Shown in pieces: positions 15,260-29,555 of a stretch of 64,000 bases of DNA; the first letter of the stretch is position 1; every line of letters begins with the position of its first letter. A program made the position numbers and the translations under genes. This stretch comes from Octopus vulgaris (taxonomy: Eukaryota): NCBI GenBank assembly GCA_951406725.2, contig OX597821.1, forward strand, positions 82,336,001-82,400,000, given 5' to 3'. Under the pieces are notes generated by a model. The model had not been told where the DNA came from and searched no databases. It saw only the letters and a program-made list of their open reading frames with translations.

Positions 15260-15379
15260 GAGAGAAAGTGAGAAAGAGAGGGCTAGAATAAGAAATTTTA
15301 GAAAGAGACATTTTTGGTTAAAACATGGGGAAAAATCTATGAGCATAATGATGATGAAGACGACGATGACGATAATGAT

Positions 15380-15410
<31 letters not shown>

Positions 15411-16116
15411 CTGCATACAAGTTGATTGCTGATGATGATGATGATCATTATAATGATATAATGATATTAGCCAGGCCAAGATCTATGAGAACACGACCAT
15501 CACATCCAACTCCATGAAATCCATCATCACAACCAACATAAACAACACCTACTACTACTACTACTACTACTACTACTGCTACTACTACTTAGCAACAGCT
15601 GGCCAGTTGCGTGGTGGCTGAGGAAAGTTGGGTGGTGGTGGTGGGGGGGGGAGTGATGGATGATGGAAAACTATCTGTGTTGAATTGGATTCAGAGACCA
15701 ATGAATTTGTGTAGTGAGCAAAGCAGAGAGGTGATGGCTTGAAGGTGGTGATGGCGGTCGTCGTCGTCGTCATCACCATTATATTTCGTAGTGGTGGTCA
15801 TGGTGCCTGTCATGTAGGCTGTATTGGTGGTGGTGGTGGTGGTGGTGGTGGGGTGGGTGAGGTAGTGGTGGGGGTGGAGAGGTTGAAAGCATGACAGACA
15901 TGGGTGGAGTGTTGTGGTCATTTCTGAAAGGAGCAAGTAGTTGAAGAGAGAGAGGGAGAGGGGGGGGAGGAGGAAAGAGAATGAGTGAATGAGCCAAGGA
16001 AATGAAGTGATAGACGAAGAGAAAGAAGAGAAGAATGGCTCTTGGTGATACATACAACAGGGGTGGGAGAAGGATTGAGACAGTCAGATAAATAGACAAA
16101 CAGACAGACAGACAGG

Positions 16117-16200
<84 letters not shown>

Positions 16201-16207
16201 TAGATGT

Positions 16208-16260
<53 letters not shown>

Positions 16261-16275
16261 CAGACAGATAGATGT

Positions 16276-16349
<74 letters not shown>

Positions 16350-16918
16350 GGATAGGAAGAAAGAGAATGATAGAAAGGGGCAAAGAGGAAGTAGAAAATG
16401 ACAAAAAAGGAGAGTGAGAAGGGGTGATGGATGAAGGAAGAGCTGTAGATTATGAGACAAAGAGGAAGGAAAAGAAAGATGGAAACATAAATGGGGGAAG
16501 AGAGAGAGACTGGGATCTAGTAATATGCAGTGAAAGAGAGGTGAAGCTAAGAAAGTAATGAGAGAGAAGGTTTAAAGGAGGAGAAGGAAAACTGAAGGAG
16601 ACTTCTACGGATGGGAGCAGTATGAGATAAGATAGTAACAGCACTGGCAGTAGTAGCAGTACTAATATCATCATCATCATCAGCAGCAGCAGCAGCAGAG
16701 GCAGCAGCAGCACTAGTAGCAGTTCTAATAGTAACAATGCAGCAGTAAAAGCACAGACATAAACAGAAGCATCAATAATAGCAGTAGCAACAGCATCAGC
16801 AGCAATAATAACAACAACAGCAACAACAACGTCAATAATAGCAGTAACAGAGGCAACAGCAACAGGAGTAGCAACAGCAGCCATAACAGCAGCAGCAACA
16901 GCAGCAACAGCAGGATCA

Positions 16919-16958
<40 letters not shown>

Positions 16959-17134
16959 TGATAAACTAGATTCTGGACAGTATTCTGAAAATCAGTAGAA
17001 GTCCAAGGAGACCAGCCAGTAACTTCAACTTTAACAACAACAACAACAACAACAACAACACTTCTAGCAACAATAACCACAACATTATCATGAACAACAA
17101 CAACAACAACCATTAGGAGGAACAATAGCAGCAC

Positions 17135-17820
17135 AAGCCAATGAAGGAGCTGCTATATAGCCTGAACATCCGGCTAGAAAAAGCAACCAAATCTTCCTCA
17201 GATCACACTCCAAAGAGAAAGGCATACGTTAGACAGTGTGGCAATAGAAACTAAAAACACTGGATGTCATGGTTGGAATGGCAGTGATCATAGATCTGTT
17301 TGATCAGAGTTAACCTTAGGCTAAATAACAACCACAGTGATATCAACAAGCCAATGAGAAAGCTTCTATGTGGTCACTAAATCAGCCTGAAACAACAGCA
17401 AAACGTCCCTTAAATCACATCCTACTTTTTGAAAAAAGAAAAGAGTACGCTGGATAATGTACTCTTATACATAACTCTATAAAGATGGGTAGTTACAGTT
17501 GGGTCACCGCTAATCCTGGTTAGCGTACATTACTCTGTAAGAAGCATAAGGCCAGTTTTCTGGTTTCTCTGGGGCATATATTCCTCCCTGAATGGAGTGA
17601 TGGTCCATTGTAGGATGATTCATTTTTACTAGTTGAGTGGACAGGAGCAGCATGAAATAAAGGGCTTTGCTCAAGAACATAATGCATCACCCGGTCCAGG
17701 ATTCAAAACCACAATCTTACGATCATGTGTCCAACACCCTAACCACTAAGCCATGCACCTCCCCAACCTCTAATTATAGAGCTGTTGAACCATGGCTAAC
17801 CTGGGTGAAACAACAACAAT
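17135..17820 (+). mobile_element. Two tandem copies of an unclassified (CAA)-tailed repeat; the second is interrupted by a minus-strand CORE-type SINE (~17515-17762)
   Basis: AAGCCAATGA...GCAACCAAATCT...GGGCTAAA..CAAC repeated at 17135 and 17348; related fragment at 52890-52955; tRNA-like head on the minus strand at 17700-17760. Confidence 0.5.
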
Positions 17821-18214
17821 AGCAGCATGAACCCTACTAAAAAAAATACTTCTATGTCCCTGTCTCTCTCTCTCTGCTCTGAGTTCAAATCCTGCTGAAG
17901 TCAACTTAGCCTTTCATATTTTCAAGGTTGATAAAAAGCACCAAGCTTGAGTGATGAATTGAGAGAAAAGTAAGAATTTGGGGTCAAATGCCTTACTGTA
18001 TTTATTCTGGTTCTTTGCATTCTGAAATCAAACCTTGCTAAAGCCTGCTTACATTATAGATTGAATTTGTCACCTGATTTAAAATCATTACTTGGCATCT
18101 TGTTTGCATTCAATGGGTGTATCTTTGCAATCCAGAAAAGAAAGCTCAGCCCTTGGAATGGTGTTGCATTTCTTCTCCAAGAGCTAAGAAGTTCAAGAGC
18201 TAGTTATCAACACA

Positions 18215-18750
18215 GAAAATCATGGTGGCTGGAATGACAAGGGCATCAGTCTCCTTGATTTTCTGGAATATGCCTGAAGTGTGAACAGAGAACAGTACAT
18301 TGAGACACTCAAAAGGCTTAGAGAAGCCATTAAGAGGAAGAAGCTGACCAAGAATCTGAACAAGAAGAGGCTGAACAAGAACAAATGACTCAAATGACTC
18401 AAGTTTATTATGACAATGACACCATCCACCATACTGACTGGATCTGGCCCTCTGACTTCCACCTCTTTGGTCCATTGATGATATTGATGAGTTGAAAGTG
18501 GCTGTGCCAAAGTGAGTACAACAGTGCACACCTGAATCTTTTCAAAGATGATCTGAGTGTCGGGTTCAGCAATACAGCAGATGTATCATATGCAATGGAG
18601 ACTGTGCCGAATAGTACTTTTGCATAAAGTATTATTCACTCTAATAAAGTATTATTCACATAAAGCATTATTCACTAACATGTGTACTTTGGATGACCTA
18701 TGTTAATCAATAAAAACAATTTTTCCCACTTTTGCCCTAGATTTCTTATA
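18215..18750 (+). mobile_element. Degraded mariner transposase 3' part
   Basis: WNDKGISLLDFLE...VNREQYIETLKRLREAIKRK...HPPY*.DL.PSDFHLFG catalytic-domain motifs across frameshifts. Confidence 0.7.
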
Positions 18751-18987
18751 ACTTTCATATATTTGTTGCATATAGGTGAATCAAAAGAAAATCTCACACA
18801 CATACATCCACACACATACATCCACACACAGACACATATATTATCATTTCTTTACATTTACTTTTTAAGTCTGTTTTCCCAAGTTAGCATGGATTAAATA
18901 AATATATTGTTGGCAGAGTTGTACAGTTGGATGCCCTTCCTCTCACTAACCCTTGCCTAATTTTCAAGTAAGAGAGATATACACATA

Positions 18988-19375
18988 GGCGCAGGAGTGG
19001 CTGTGTGGTAAGTAGCTTGCTAACCAACCACATGGTCCCGGGTTCAGTCCCACTGCGTGGCATCTTGGGCAAGTGTCTTCTGCTATAGCCCCGGGCCGAC
19101 CAATGCCTTGTGAGTGGATTTGGTAGACGGAAACTGAAAGAAGCCTGTCGTATATATATATATATATATGTGTGTGTATGTGTTTGTGTGTCTGTGTTTG
19201 TCCCCCTGGTGTGTTTACGTCCCCGTCACTTAGCGGTTCGGCAAAAGAGACCGATAGAATAAGTACTGGGCTTACAAAGAATAAGTCCCAGGGTCGATTT
19301 GCTCGACTAAAAGGCAGTGCTCCAGCATGGCTGCAGTCAAATGACTGAAACAAGTAAAAGAGAAAAGAAAGAAAG
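18988..19375 (+). mobile_element. SINE family A, near-complete young copy
   Basis: A-box TGGCTGTGTGG, B-box GGTTCAGTCC, CORE-like CTTGGGCAAGTGTCTT, (TA)(TG) hinge, tail GTGCTCCAGCATGGCTGCAGTCAAATGACTGAAACAAG. Confidence 0.9.
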
Positions 19376-19624
19376 AGACACAGATGTGTGTGTGTGTGTG
19401 TGTGTGTGTGCGCACGTGCATGTGTTAATGTTTGTTTGTATGCTCACTTATAATAAAAACAATTACATGTTAATCTGATGGGTTACACTATACTTTTGTA
19501 CATACTTTTGGTGATTTTGAAGTTTCAGCCAGTTAAAGCTATTGTTGGCCTGTCCAACGATGGCTTCCCAGGCTAAAACTTCAAAGTCACTGTCAATGAC
19601 ATTCTTGTTTAGGAATAATAATAA

Positions 19625-19885
19625 GAATAATCCATTCTACTGAAGGCACAAAGACCTGAAATTTGGTGGGAAGGGAGTAGTTGATTGCATCGACCCCCAG
19701 CGTTCCACTGGTACTTAATTTATCAACCCTGAAAGGATGAAAGGCAGCTGACCATAGCAGAATTTGAACTCTGTATGTAAAGACGGATGAAATACTACAA
19801 AGCATTTTGCCTGACATGCCAAAGATTCTGCCAGTATGTTGCCCCTTATATCATCATCATCATCATAATAATAATAATAATAATG

Positions 19886-19974
<89 letters not shown>

Positions 19975-20210
19975 AAGAAGAAGAAGAATTTATTGCCCAC
20001 AGGGGGCTAAACATAGAGGGGACAAACAAGGACAGACAAGGAGATTAAGTAGATTACATCGACCCCAGTACTTGACTGGTTCTTAGTTTATCAACCCTGA
20101 AAGGATGAAAGTCAACCTTGGTGAAATTTGAACTCAGGACAAAGCACAGGTAAAATACTGCTAAATATATCGCCCAGCATGCTAACGATTCTGCCAATTC
20201 ACTGGCTTAT
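19625..20210 (-). mobile_element. Two tandem SINE family B copies (Meta/Nin-like central domain) with different tails, separated by a (CAT)(AAT)(AAG) compound microsatellite
   Basis: Reverse complement of GGCAGAA..GTTAGCA..CCGGGCGAAATGC...GCCTTTCATCCTTTCGGGGTCGATAAA..AGTACCAG...CTGGGGTCGAT. Confidence 0.85.
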
Positions 20211-20221
20211 ATAATAATAAT

Positions 20222-21583
20222 TACTCATGAAAAGGGGACAGGTAATCAACAGTGAAGTATCCAATTACCAGATGGCCAGACATTCAAATCATTAAAAGAA
20301 GGAGAGAGAGTTATAAGTATCTAGGAGTATTATAATCTGACAGAGTACTAACTATAGAAATGAAAATGAAAATTTAAGAGTACATCAGAAGGGTAAGGAA
20401 GGTAACAAAAATGGTCCGAAACTAGCAAAGGCTGTAAATACTTGGGCAGTATCATTACTTAGATACTCAACAGCTTTTGTAGATTGGACAAAACTGAATT
20501 AGCAAAGCTAGACAGAAGAACTTGGAAAGAATTCAATATGAATGAAGGACTTCACTCAAGGGCAGGAGTAGCAAGGTTATACTTATCTAGAAAGGAAGGT
20601 AGAAGAAGGTTGATATCAATAGAAGACTGCATGGAGTTAGCTAGAGTAGATATAAACTCCTATGTAAGTAATAGTGAAGAAAGATTATTAAGAGTTGCTA
20701 GAGACACAGCAAGATATAGGGAAAACCAGAAAAAAGAACAAAAGTTATCTGACTGGCAGGAAAAGACTTTACATTGTAGATTCCCAAAGATAGTTGCAGC
20801 AAATTGTAGAAGTGAGATATGATTGTGGTTGCAGAAAAGAAGGCTAAAAAAGGGAGACAGAAAGTTTGTTAGTAGCAAAAGCAGCACAAGATCAAGCATT
20901 AAGAACTAATTAAAAGCTAAGATAGACAAAAACCAAGTATATTCCCAGTGTATGTTATGCAAATCAAAAGAGGAAAGTGTTACTCATAAAGTAAGTGAGT
21001 GAAGCATACTGGTACAGAAAGACTACCAGAAGAGACATGACAATCTAGGGAGAGTAATCCACTGAAAGTTATGTAGAAAGCTAGGATTTGACCATACTGA
21101 TAAATGGTATGAATATGAACCTAGTAAAGTACTAGAAAGTAAGAAATATAAGATGTTGTGGGACTTTAACATTCAAGCTGACAGTGTAATAGAAGCTAGA
21201 AAGCCTGATTTAGTAGTAGTAGACAAAGACAATAGAAAGTGCCAGATAATTGACTATACAGTCCCAAATGATGAAAAAATCGATATGAGAGTAATAGAAA
21301 AAATAGCCAAGTACCAAGACTTAGCCATTGAATTATGGAGATTATAGAAAGTGTGGGTAAAATGTATCCCAATAGTTATAAGTGAATTAGGAACTATCCC
21401 TAATGATTTAAACATTTGGATTGAGAAAATAGGCATAAAACCAAGTTTAGTACAGCTCCAGAAAACAGTATTATTAGGGAGAGCTAGGATACTTAGGAGG
21501 GTTCTTGGCATCTAAGATTACTTGTTGTTGCTCGATGTTAGGGATTTTTCTTTTCCAACAGCCTAATCTGTTGTATGTATATG
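20222..21583 (+). mobile_element. 5'-truncated R4/Dong-clade LINE (end of RT, Zn knuckle, restriction-like endonuclease), pseudogenised, between (TAA) repeats
   Basis: YKYLG...AVNTWAVSLLRYS...LDRRT...LH..A.VARLYLSRKEGRR.L...AAQDQALRTN...CMLC...E...H...RHD...LWDFNIQ...ARKPDLVVVDK...IID..VP...EKIAKYQDL...LQKTVLLGRARILRRVL*; stop at 21513-21515. Confidence 0.9.
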
Positions 21584-21960
21584 AATAATAATAACAATAA
21601 TATAAATGTATATATGATCATAATCATAATCATCACTGACATCATCACCAAGAAGGGTATTGGATTGACAGAGTTGTTAGAGGATCAGACAAAATGTGCT
21701 GAGATATTGGTTCCATCTCTTTATGTTCTGGGTTCAAATCAAACCAAGGTCAATTTTACCTTTTATATTTCCAGAGTTGATAGAATAAAGAACCAGTAAA
21801 GTTTAATAAAATAACTCTTTCCATTAAAATTTCGGATCTTGTTCCTATCTAAGTACATATTATCATCGTCGTAATCATTGCCATCATTTATAATGCCTGT
21901 TTGTTTTACATGCTTAAGTGAGCAAGTTTTGCATCATGAGAATGTAGAGCTCCCAAGCAC

Positions 21961-22005
<45 letters not shown>

Positions 22006-22019
22006 TAATAATAATAATA

Positions 22020-22250
22020 ATAATCATTTAATGTCCATTTTCCATGCTGGCATGGGTTGGATGGTTTGTCCAGAGCTGGCAAGCTGGGGAGCTGCACCAC
22101 ACTCCAGTCTGATTTGGCAGGGTTTCTATGACTGGATGCCCTTCCTAACACCAACCACTTTACAGAGTGTGCTGGGTGCTTTTATACATGGCACTGCATG
22201 GGTGCTTTTATGTGGGACCACACAGACACTTTTATGTGCCACTGCACAGG
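22020..22250 (-). mobile_element. RTE LINE 3' tail
   Basis: TTTAATGTCCATTTTCCATGCTGGCATGGGTTGG...GGATGCCCTTCCTAACACCAACCAC. Confidence 0.75.
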
Positions 22251-22254
22251 TAGG

Positions 22255-22635
22255 GGAGGGGATAAGTCAATTACAATGACCCCAGTATTCAACTGGTATT
22301 TATGTTATCAATTCTGAAAGGATGAAAGACAAAGTTTACCTCAGCAGAATTTGCACTCAAAATGTGAAGAAAGGCAAAATTCCACTAAGCATTTTGGCCA
22401 TTATACTAATGATTCTGCCAGCTTTCCACCTTTACCAGTACATTAATATTGGTTTCAAATTTTGGCAAGAGGCCAAAAATTTTGAGGGAGGGAGTAAGCT
22501 CAACCTATTTTATCAACCCCAAGAAGATGAAAGGCAAAATTGACCTCAACAGAATTTGAACTCAGAATGTAAAGATCGCTAAAATGCTGCTAAGCATTTT
22601 GTCTAGTGTACTAACAAGTCTGCCAGCTCAACCAC
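22255..22635 (-). mobile_element. Two tandem degraded SINE family B copies
   Basis: GAAAGGATGAAAG.CAAA.T.GACCTC..CAGAATTTG.ACTCA repeated twice. Confidence 0.75.
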
Positions 22636-23161
22636 CACCTAAACCTTTAATATTAATTAGTGATTTACCTTTCCATATTGTATTCAGTTACTTAGTTTAA
22701 CATGATGCAGGAAAAACTTCAGGGAAGCAGAATTGCTCTAAATACACCTATTTGAAGACAAAGTCTTCATGTAGGTATTCCTCATGGCACAAAAGACTAC
22801 TCTGATTAATATATTACATGTGTAGAAGAAACAGATGATCAAATCATTAAAGTTTAAGAGACCATAACTGATGAACTGAATTACCACAAAATTATTTCAC
22901 CTTTGGTTGACAAAATTTCATTTTTCTTTTCTTTTTAAAAGTTACAATTGCTATGAGTTAGGGACAAGCACCATGTTGGCTGACGGCTCATTTCTGTCAT
23001 TCACAGAAACTGCTTTGCATTCAGAAGTGTCAAGGCACTTAACTCTATACAACTTCACAATTATTTGGTATTGCCATGTCAATAACTATGTTACTGCCAT
23101 TTTATCATGAAAAATTATCTTACATTTATATATACTATATTATCAGCTGTTATTTGTAAAT

Positions 23162-23495
23162 GAAGACACATGGCTCAGTGGTTAGAGCATCAAGTTTACA
23201 ATCGCGAGGTTGTGAGTTCAATTCCCCGACCGGGTTACATGTTGTGTTCTTGAGCAAGACACTTTATTTCACGTTGCTCCACTTCACTCATCTGTAGAAA
23301 TGAGTTGTGGTGTCACTAGTGCCAAGCTGTATTGGCCTTTGCCTTTCCCTTGGATAACATCGGTGGTGTGGAGAGGAGAGGCTGGCATGCATGGGCTACT
23401 GCTGGCCTTCCACAAACAACCTTGCCCGGACTTGTGCCTCAGAGGGTAACTTTCTAGGTGCAATCCCATGGTCATTCATGACCAAAGGGGGTCTC
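23162..23495 (+). mobile_element. tRNA-derived CORE-SINE (family D)
   Basis: TGGCTCAGTGGTTAGAGC A-box, GAGTTCAATTCC B-box, CORE-like GTTGTGTTCTTGAGCAAGACACTT...CATCTGTAGAAATGAG, distinct tail CCCATGGTCATTCATGACC. Confidence 0.75.
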
Positions 23496-24124
23496 CTCCT
23501 ATTTGTATGCTCAAGTTATATAGTATTTTCACATAGTCATTTTCTAAGGCAGACAGAGATTCATACAAGTACTAAGCATTTTATCTGTTTAGTCGAAATG
23601 GTGTGGCAAGACATATCATATTTTCTGGTGTATAAGACCCACTCTCAAATGAGACAAACTCCCTACTCTTTTTGTGGGAAAAAAAGAAAAGAAAGGAAAA
23701 CAAATTGATTATGTTTCATCATATACACTCGGTATCCCATCCATAATACAGTCACATTAACTGCAAAGCAGTTTTTTGTTATATTTCAGAATGAAAAAAA
23801 GTGCACCTTATACACCAGCGTATATGGTATGTAGAGCAGCTTTGCTACAACATGGTACTTCCAAGTATCTTTTGTGGGAGATTGTATAGGACATCCTGAT
23901 ACAGTATGGTCTGTTATCTTGGAAAACATACCACAGAGATGATATGATCTATATTGAAGGATGCATAAATATTCATTTCTATATGCTTAGTCCTTCTTCT
24001 GTAAGGTGAAAGTTGTAACATCTGTTGCTCCTGCTGTTGTTGATGCTGTTGTTGTTGTGTTTGCCATATATGTGTGTACTTATGACCACTCAAAGAAAAT
24101 TTGATTATTACCATGTTCTTTTTT

Positions 24125-24448
24125 TTAAAATTTATGCGCCCTTTTCAAGCCTAACCAGGCTCATGGGGCCCGGTTTCCCAGTTTCTATGGCGTATGTGTT
24201 CCCCCCAGCTGGAGGGGACGCCAGTCCATCGCAGTGTTATCCAAGAAACAGGAAGAAAGAATGAGAGAAAGTTGGAGCAAAAGAGTACAATAGGGGTCAC
24301 CCACCCCCACCCCGCCCGCCTGTGGGAGCCTCATGGAGCTTTAGCTGTTTTCACTCAATAAACACACATGACGCCCAGTCTGGGAATCGAAACCGCGATC
24401 CTCAACTGTGAGTCCGCTGCCCTAACCACTGGGCCATTGTGCTTCCAC
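24125..24448 (-). mobile_element. SINE family C with tail 1
   Basis: Reverse complement of 46138-46432. Confidence 0.85.
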
Positions 24449-27013
24449 ATTACTAAGTTTTACTGGATGAAATTTTTTTCCTTTTTAAATTGTTTTCCAA
24501 ACAGGGCTTCTATTCCGATAGTTGATGTAAGCAAAAGTTCTGCCTTTTAGGCATTAATTAATGCTTCTGAAAAACGTTTCTTGCATTTACATATTTTTCA
24601 ACATGGCTCTTCCAGAAGAAGAGCAGAGATAGGTGTTAACAAAAAAGTGAGTAGCACTGCATGCACACCATCCTAAAATGGGATCAAATATCATTCATGA
24701 ACATGAATTTGAAAGCAAGATAAAAAGAATTCAGAACAGGATTAAAGAGATAAATAAAAATAACAATGAAAAAACAAAATAGATTTGTCAGCTCAGGCTG
24801 TCACAGTCTGATACTCCAAAATGCAAACTTGTACTACAAAAGTTCTATTTAACGATGTAACCTGGCACAATATAAACAGTGCCAGCAGCAGCAATGCCTT
24901 TGCCAGCAACACATGCTAAAAGGAGGTTTTGGATGTCTGTCAAATCATGTCAATGATGGCAGTGTGGTAGATGGATGTCACAAAAGTACATGCTTCTTTC
25001 CTTGAGGAATTTCCCAAAATGGTTGTCTTATTTTTGAAACAACAGTAAAAAATATTTTTGTGGCTTAATTTGTGTAACATTTAGTAAAAATAATACAATA
25101 TGTTATTTATACATGCTTGTCCACCTTTTCTGTCTTTATAAACACACATTTTAAATGCATGTTTATATATATACTGAAAAGCATGTACGTTATATAAAGC
25201 ATACAATACCAGTTATGTTTTCTGTGTTCACACACTCGCCCACACACACATCATCCTCATCATTTAATATCCATAGGCCAGACAGAATTTGTTGAGACAG
25301 ATTTTCTATGACCAAGCATACTTCCTATCACCAACACTTACTTGTTTTCAAGCAAGGTAATATTTAGCCATGGCCAGACACAATTTCCACAGAAGACTGG
25401 AAACAAGCATCACTTGTATGATAGCAATGCACATTTACAGCAGTGTGTATGTATGTATGTATGTATGTATGTATGTATGTATGTATGTATGTATGTATGT
25501 ATGTGTGTATGTATGTATGTGTGTATGTATGTATTTGTGTATGCATGTATGTATGTATGTATGTATGTGTGTGTGTGTATGTATGTATGTATGTATATGT
25601 ATGTATGTATATGTGTATGTATGTGTGTGTGTGTCAGTCTCTCTGTCTGTCTGTCTGTATGTATGTATGTGCATGTATGTATGTAGGTAGGTATGGATAC
25701 ACACACACATGCACACAAATGCATACACACATACATCCTTCGATTCCCATATACCAAATCCACTCACAAGGCTTTGGTTGGCCCATGTCTACAGAAGAAG
25801 TACTGTACAGACTGAACTCTAGACTGCATGATTGGCATGCAAGCCTCATGACTACACAGCCACACCTACACGCATGTGTGTGTGTATATATATATACGTA
25901 TTTCTCTCTCTCTATATATATATATATACACACACACACACAAGCACAGAATCACACATATCTACAAATATATATGTGTGTTTGTATGGGGGACGAGACA
26001 GTGTTTGATTGAAAAAGAGAAAGAAATAAAAAATATCTTAAGAAATATACATAAACACATACGCACAAACACACACACATATAAACATTACATTTCATAT
26101 TTTTCTATATATTTTGTTTTTATTTTGTATTCTATTCTCTTTTTCCACTCAACCCCCCCCCCCTCTCTCTCTCTCTTTACATATATATTTCTCACTTTCC
26201 TTCTCTTCTTCTCTTTCAACACTTTCACTTTTACCTCTCTCCCTCCCTCCACCCCCTCTCTCTCTCCCTTAGTTTCTTTCCATTTCTCCTTTGTTTTATA
26301 TATATACTCTTAAAAAAATCTTTTGTCACACCAACTACCCTAGCTCCCTCTCACTCAGTTATTCCCCTTACTCTTTTTTTCTTTCCCATTTTTTACTTCC
26401 CCTCTCTCCTTCCATACTTTTCTTCTTCTCCTCTCCTATCTCACTGTTTCAATTATCCAGCAACAACTTCTATTTAAGCATCTTACTCTATTGGCATCAC
26501 TGATTTTATCATCCGGAACAATCCATTGCTGACTAAACAATAATTTCAGCCTCATATCACAGCTGCTGGCAAATCTTTCCTCAATATTGATTTCTAAGAT
26601 GTGTACACACCCACATCCCCTCTGCCACCCACCCACCACCCCTGTAACTTTTTAGGCGGTAACCAGTGATAATAGGGGGTTTGCAGGTAGAGGGAGGGAC
26701 GGGTGAAAGGGGATGGGGAAATGCTTGACTGACTTTCCACTGGTACATTACCAAAACTTTATTTTCATTTTTACCAACTCTTATGAGAAGAATGACAGGC
26801 AGAAGCATACCTTGTAGGAATTGAACTCAAGACTATGAGATATTGGATGTGGAATATTGTAAAGTAACCCCCTCAGTCAATCACTCTCTCTGCCTTTCTC
26901 GCCTTCTCCTCTCTCTCTTCATCTCTAAATCTTAGCCATCTTTAACAAAAGGATAAAGAATTTGCTTCTTTTCGTATTATTTGCACTACATTTATTGGAA
27001 TTTTTTCTGATCG

Positions 27014-27079
<66 letters not shown>

Positions 27080-27354
27080 TGCATGTGTATACATACATTC
27101 AAACATACATACATTTGTGTATTAAGGGTACCAGTGGTTTCATGTTAAGAAAATAGCTTAAAATGTTAATAATTTTCAAGCCGATCACATATATACATCT
27201 GTATGTGTGTGTCTCACTTTCCTTCCTCTTCCTTTTCTCTTTCAACACTTTCATTTTCACCTCTCTCCCTCTCATTCTCTCTCTCTCTCTCTCACTCACT
27301 CTCTCTTAGTTTCTTTCTGTTTCTCTTTTGTTTTATATATATTTTCTTTAAATT

Positions 27355-27770
27355 CAATGACTGGCACCTATACCAGTAGCGCGCTAAGAGCACCATCTCA
27401 GTGTGATCGTTGCCAGAGCAGCTGACTGGCTTCCGTGCCGGTAGCACATAAAAATGCTGGTGGCACATGAAAAACCATTTGAGCAAGGTTGTTGCCAGTG
27501 CAGCTGGACTGGCTCCTGTGCAGGTGGCACGTAAAAAAGCACCATTTGAGCGTGATCGTTGCCAGTACTGCCTCACTGGCCCTCATGCCGGTGGCATGTA
27601 AAATCACCCACTACACTCTTGGAGTGGTTGGTGTTAGGAAGGGCATCCAGCTGTAGAAACTCTACTAGATCTGACTGGAGCCTGGTGCAGCCATCTTGTG
27701 CGCCAATCCTCGGTCAAATCATCCAACCCATGCTAGCATGGAAAGCGGATGTTAAACGATGATGATGATG

Positions 27771-27776
<6 letters not shown>
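27355..27776 (+). mobile_element. RTE LINE 3'UTR with ~65-bp tandem units and (TGA)n tail
   Basis: GGCACGTAAAAAAGCACCATTTGAGCGTG units, then GGAAGGGCATCCAGCTGTAGAAAC...GTTAAACGATGATGATG; same as 52010-52410. Confidence 0.85.
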
Positions 27777-27820
<44 letters not shown>

Positions 27821-28155
27821 TATATCTATATCTATCTATATGTATATATATATGTATATGGATATATACATGTGTGTGTATATGTGTGTATGTGTGAGTG
27901 TATGTATGTGTATACACAAACACACACATAAGCAAGAACAGCTGTAAATTTACACATTTTCTTTCTAATCTTGCTGATGATCCCTATTTAACATGATGAA
28001 ATTAATTTGTCCAGGTATATTTTGATTTCCATATTGGTGTATTTCTTGATCTATATTTCACTAAATTAACATAATAGTTATAATCTTACCAGTATTGAAT
28101 TCTTTCATATACATGTATGTATGTGTTAATGTGTGTGTGCATGAGTGCGCACGCA

Positions 28156-28188
<33 letters not shown>

Positions 28189-28696
28189 CTGTGTGCATGT
28201 ATGAAAATGCATATTAGAGGGGGGTTTTTTTCCATTTCGCAATAATATATACACTCAGACACAAATGAAATAGCAATGTTTATCAAGATGTTAGGACTTT
28301 CCCATATTAAGGCTTGCTCAACAGAACAAAATAGGTTACATACATACATACGTACATACATACATACATTCATACATACATACATACATACACACACACA
28401 CATATGCATATATGCATGCAAAATAAATATAATATAACATTTTGTTATATTTTTTAATGAATAATCAGGAAAAATAAATGTTTTACAACACAGCCAATCA
28501 CAGCTTAAAATCATTCCTGATAAAATGCACTTAATTTTTTTTCCTATCAAGCAAAATATTAAAGTACATTTTTCTTTCTTAAAATCTCTCATACATGGTT
28601 CAATATTTTTAAAATGATTTCTGATATTAGTGGGGTGTGTAGCATTAAAACTGCTAAAAGGGTCTAAAACCATTAATATAACAGTTGAAAAGTACA

Positions 28697-28741
<45 letters not shown>

Positions 28742-28761
28742 AGTGTGTTTGTGTGTGTATA

Positions 28762-28815
<54 letters not shown>

Positions 28816-29555
28816 AATTCTGAAATATGTCTTTCTTTTTTTTTTTTTTTCGGTTTCTGAACAAAATATATCAAATTTAAAAGCAAATATTGAAAAATAT
28901 TGTTTTAAAAGATTGTTAGGGCCAGGCATTATTTATGTTCAGTCTGTGTTTGTCAATTGATTCATTAGTATTTATATTTTATGCCATATTGTACAGAGTA
29001 GGTCATGTGATTTATATATCATGCCTGGTTGAACATCACCACCACCACCACCACCCACCACCCACCATCTCTGCTTGGTCTTTGGTGATTTTAATGGGTC
29101 CACTCCATTGCAAACATTCAAAACAGTCATTTGGCCAACCCTATTTTAACTCATGTAACTGCAGTACCAGTTTGGGAAATGTCTGCAAAAGACACCCCAT
29201 CTTTCACTAACTGAATAAGGCTTGCTTCTCAACCATATGGTTTTAGTTTCAGTCCCTTGAGCAAGTGTTTTCTGCTACAGACCCAGGCCAACCAAAGCCC
29301 TGGGAGTGGATTTGGTCGATGATTATATGAGTGTGTGAATGTGCATGCACATGCATGTGTGTGTGTGTGTGCCCTCTTCTTAACATTGTGTAATAATTGC
29401 AAATGAGTTGGTTATAGGCAAATATTTCCTTGCTTGGAAACAAATTAGGGTTGGCAACAGGAAGGGCATCCAGCTATATTAAATCTGCCTCAAATAAACA
29501 CCATATGACACATGCAAGCATAGAAAATGGCTGTTAAATGATTATTATATATATA

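Noticed and set aside
16450-17134. CAG/CAA/GCA tract resembling a polyQ coding exon
   Set aside because: Mixed trinucleotide microsatellite with stops in the + frames and no clear exon boundaries
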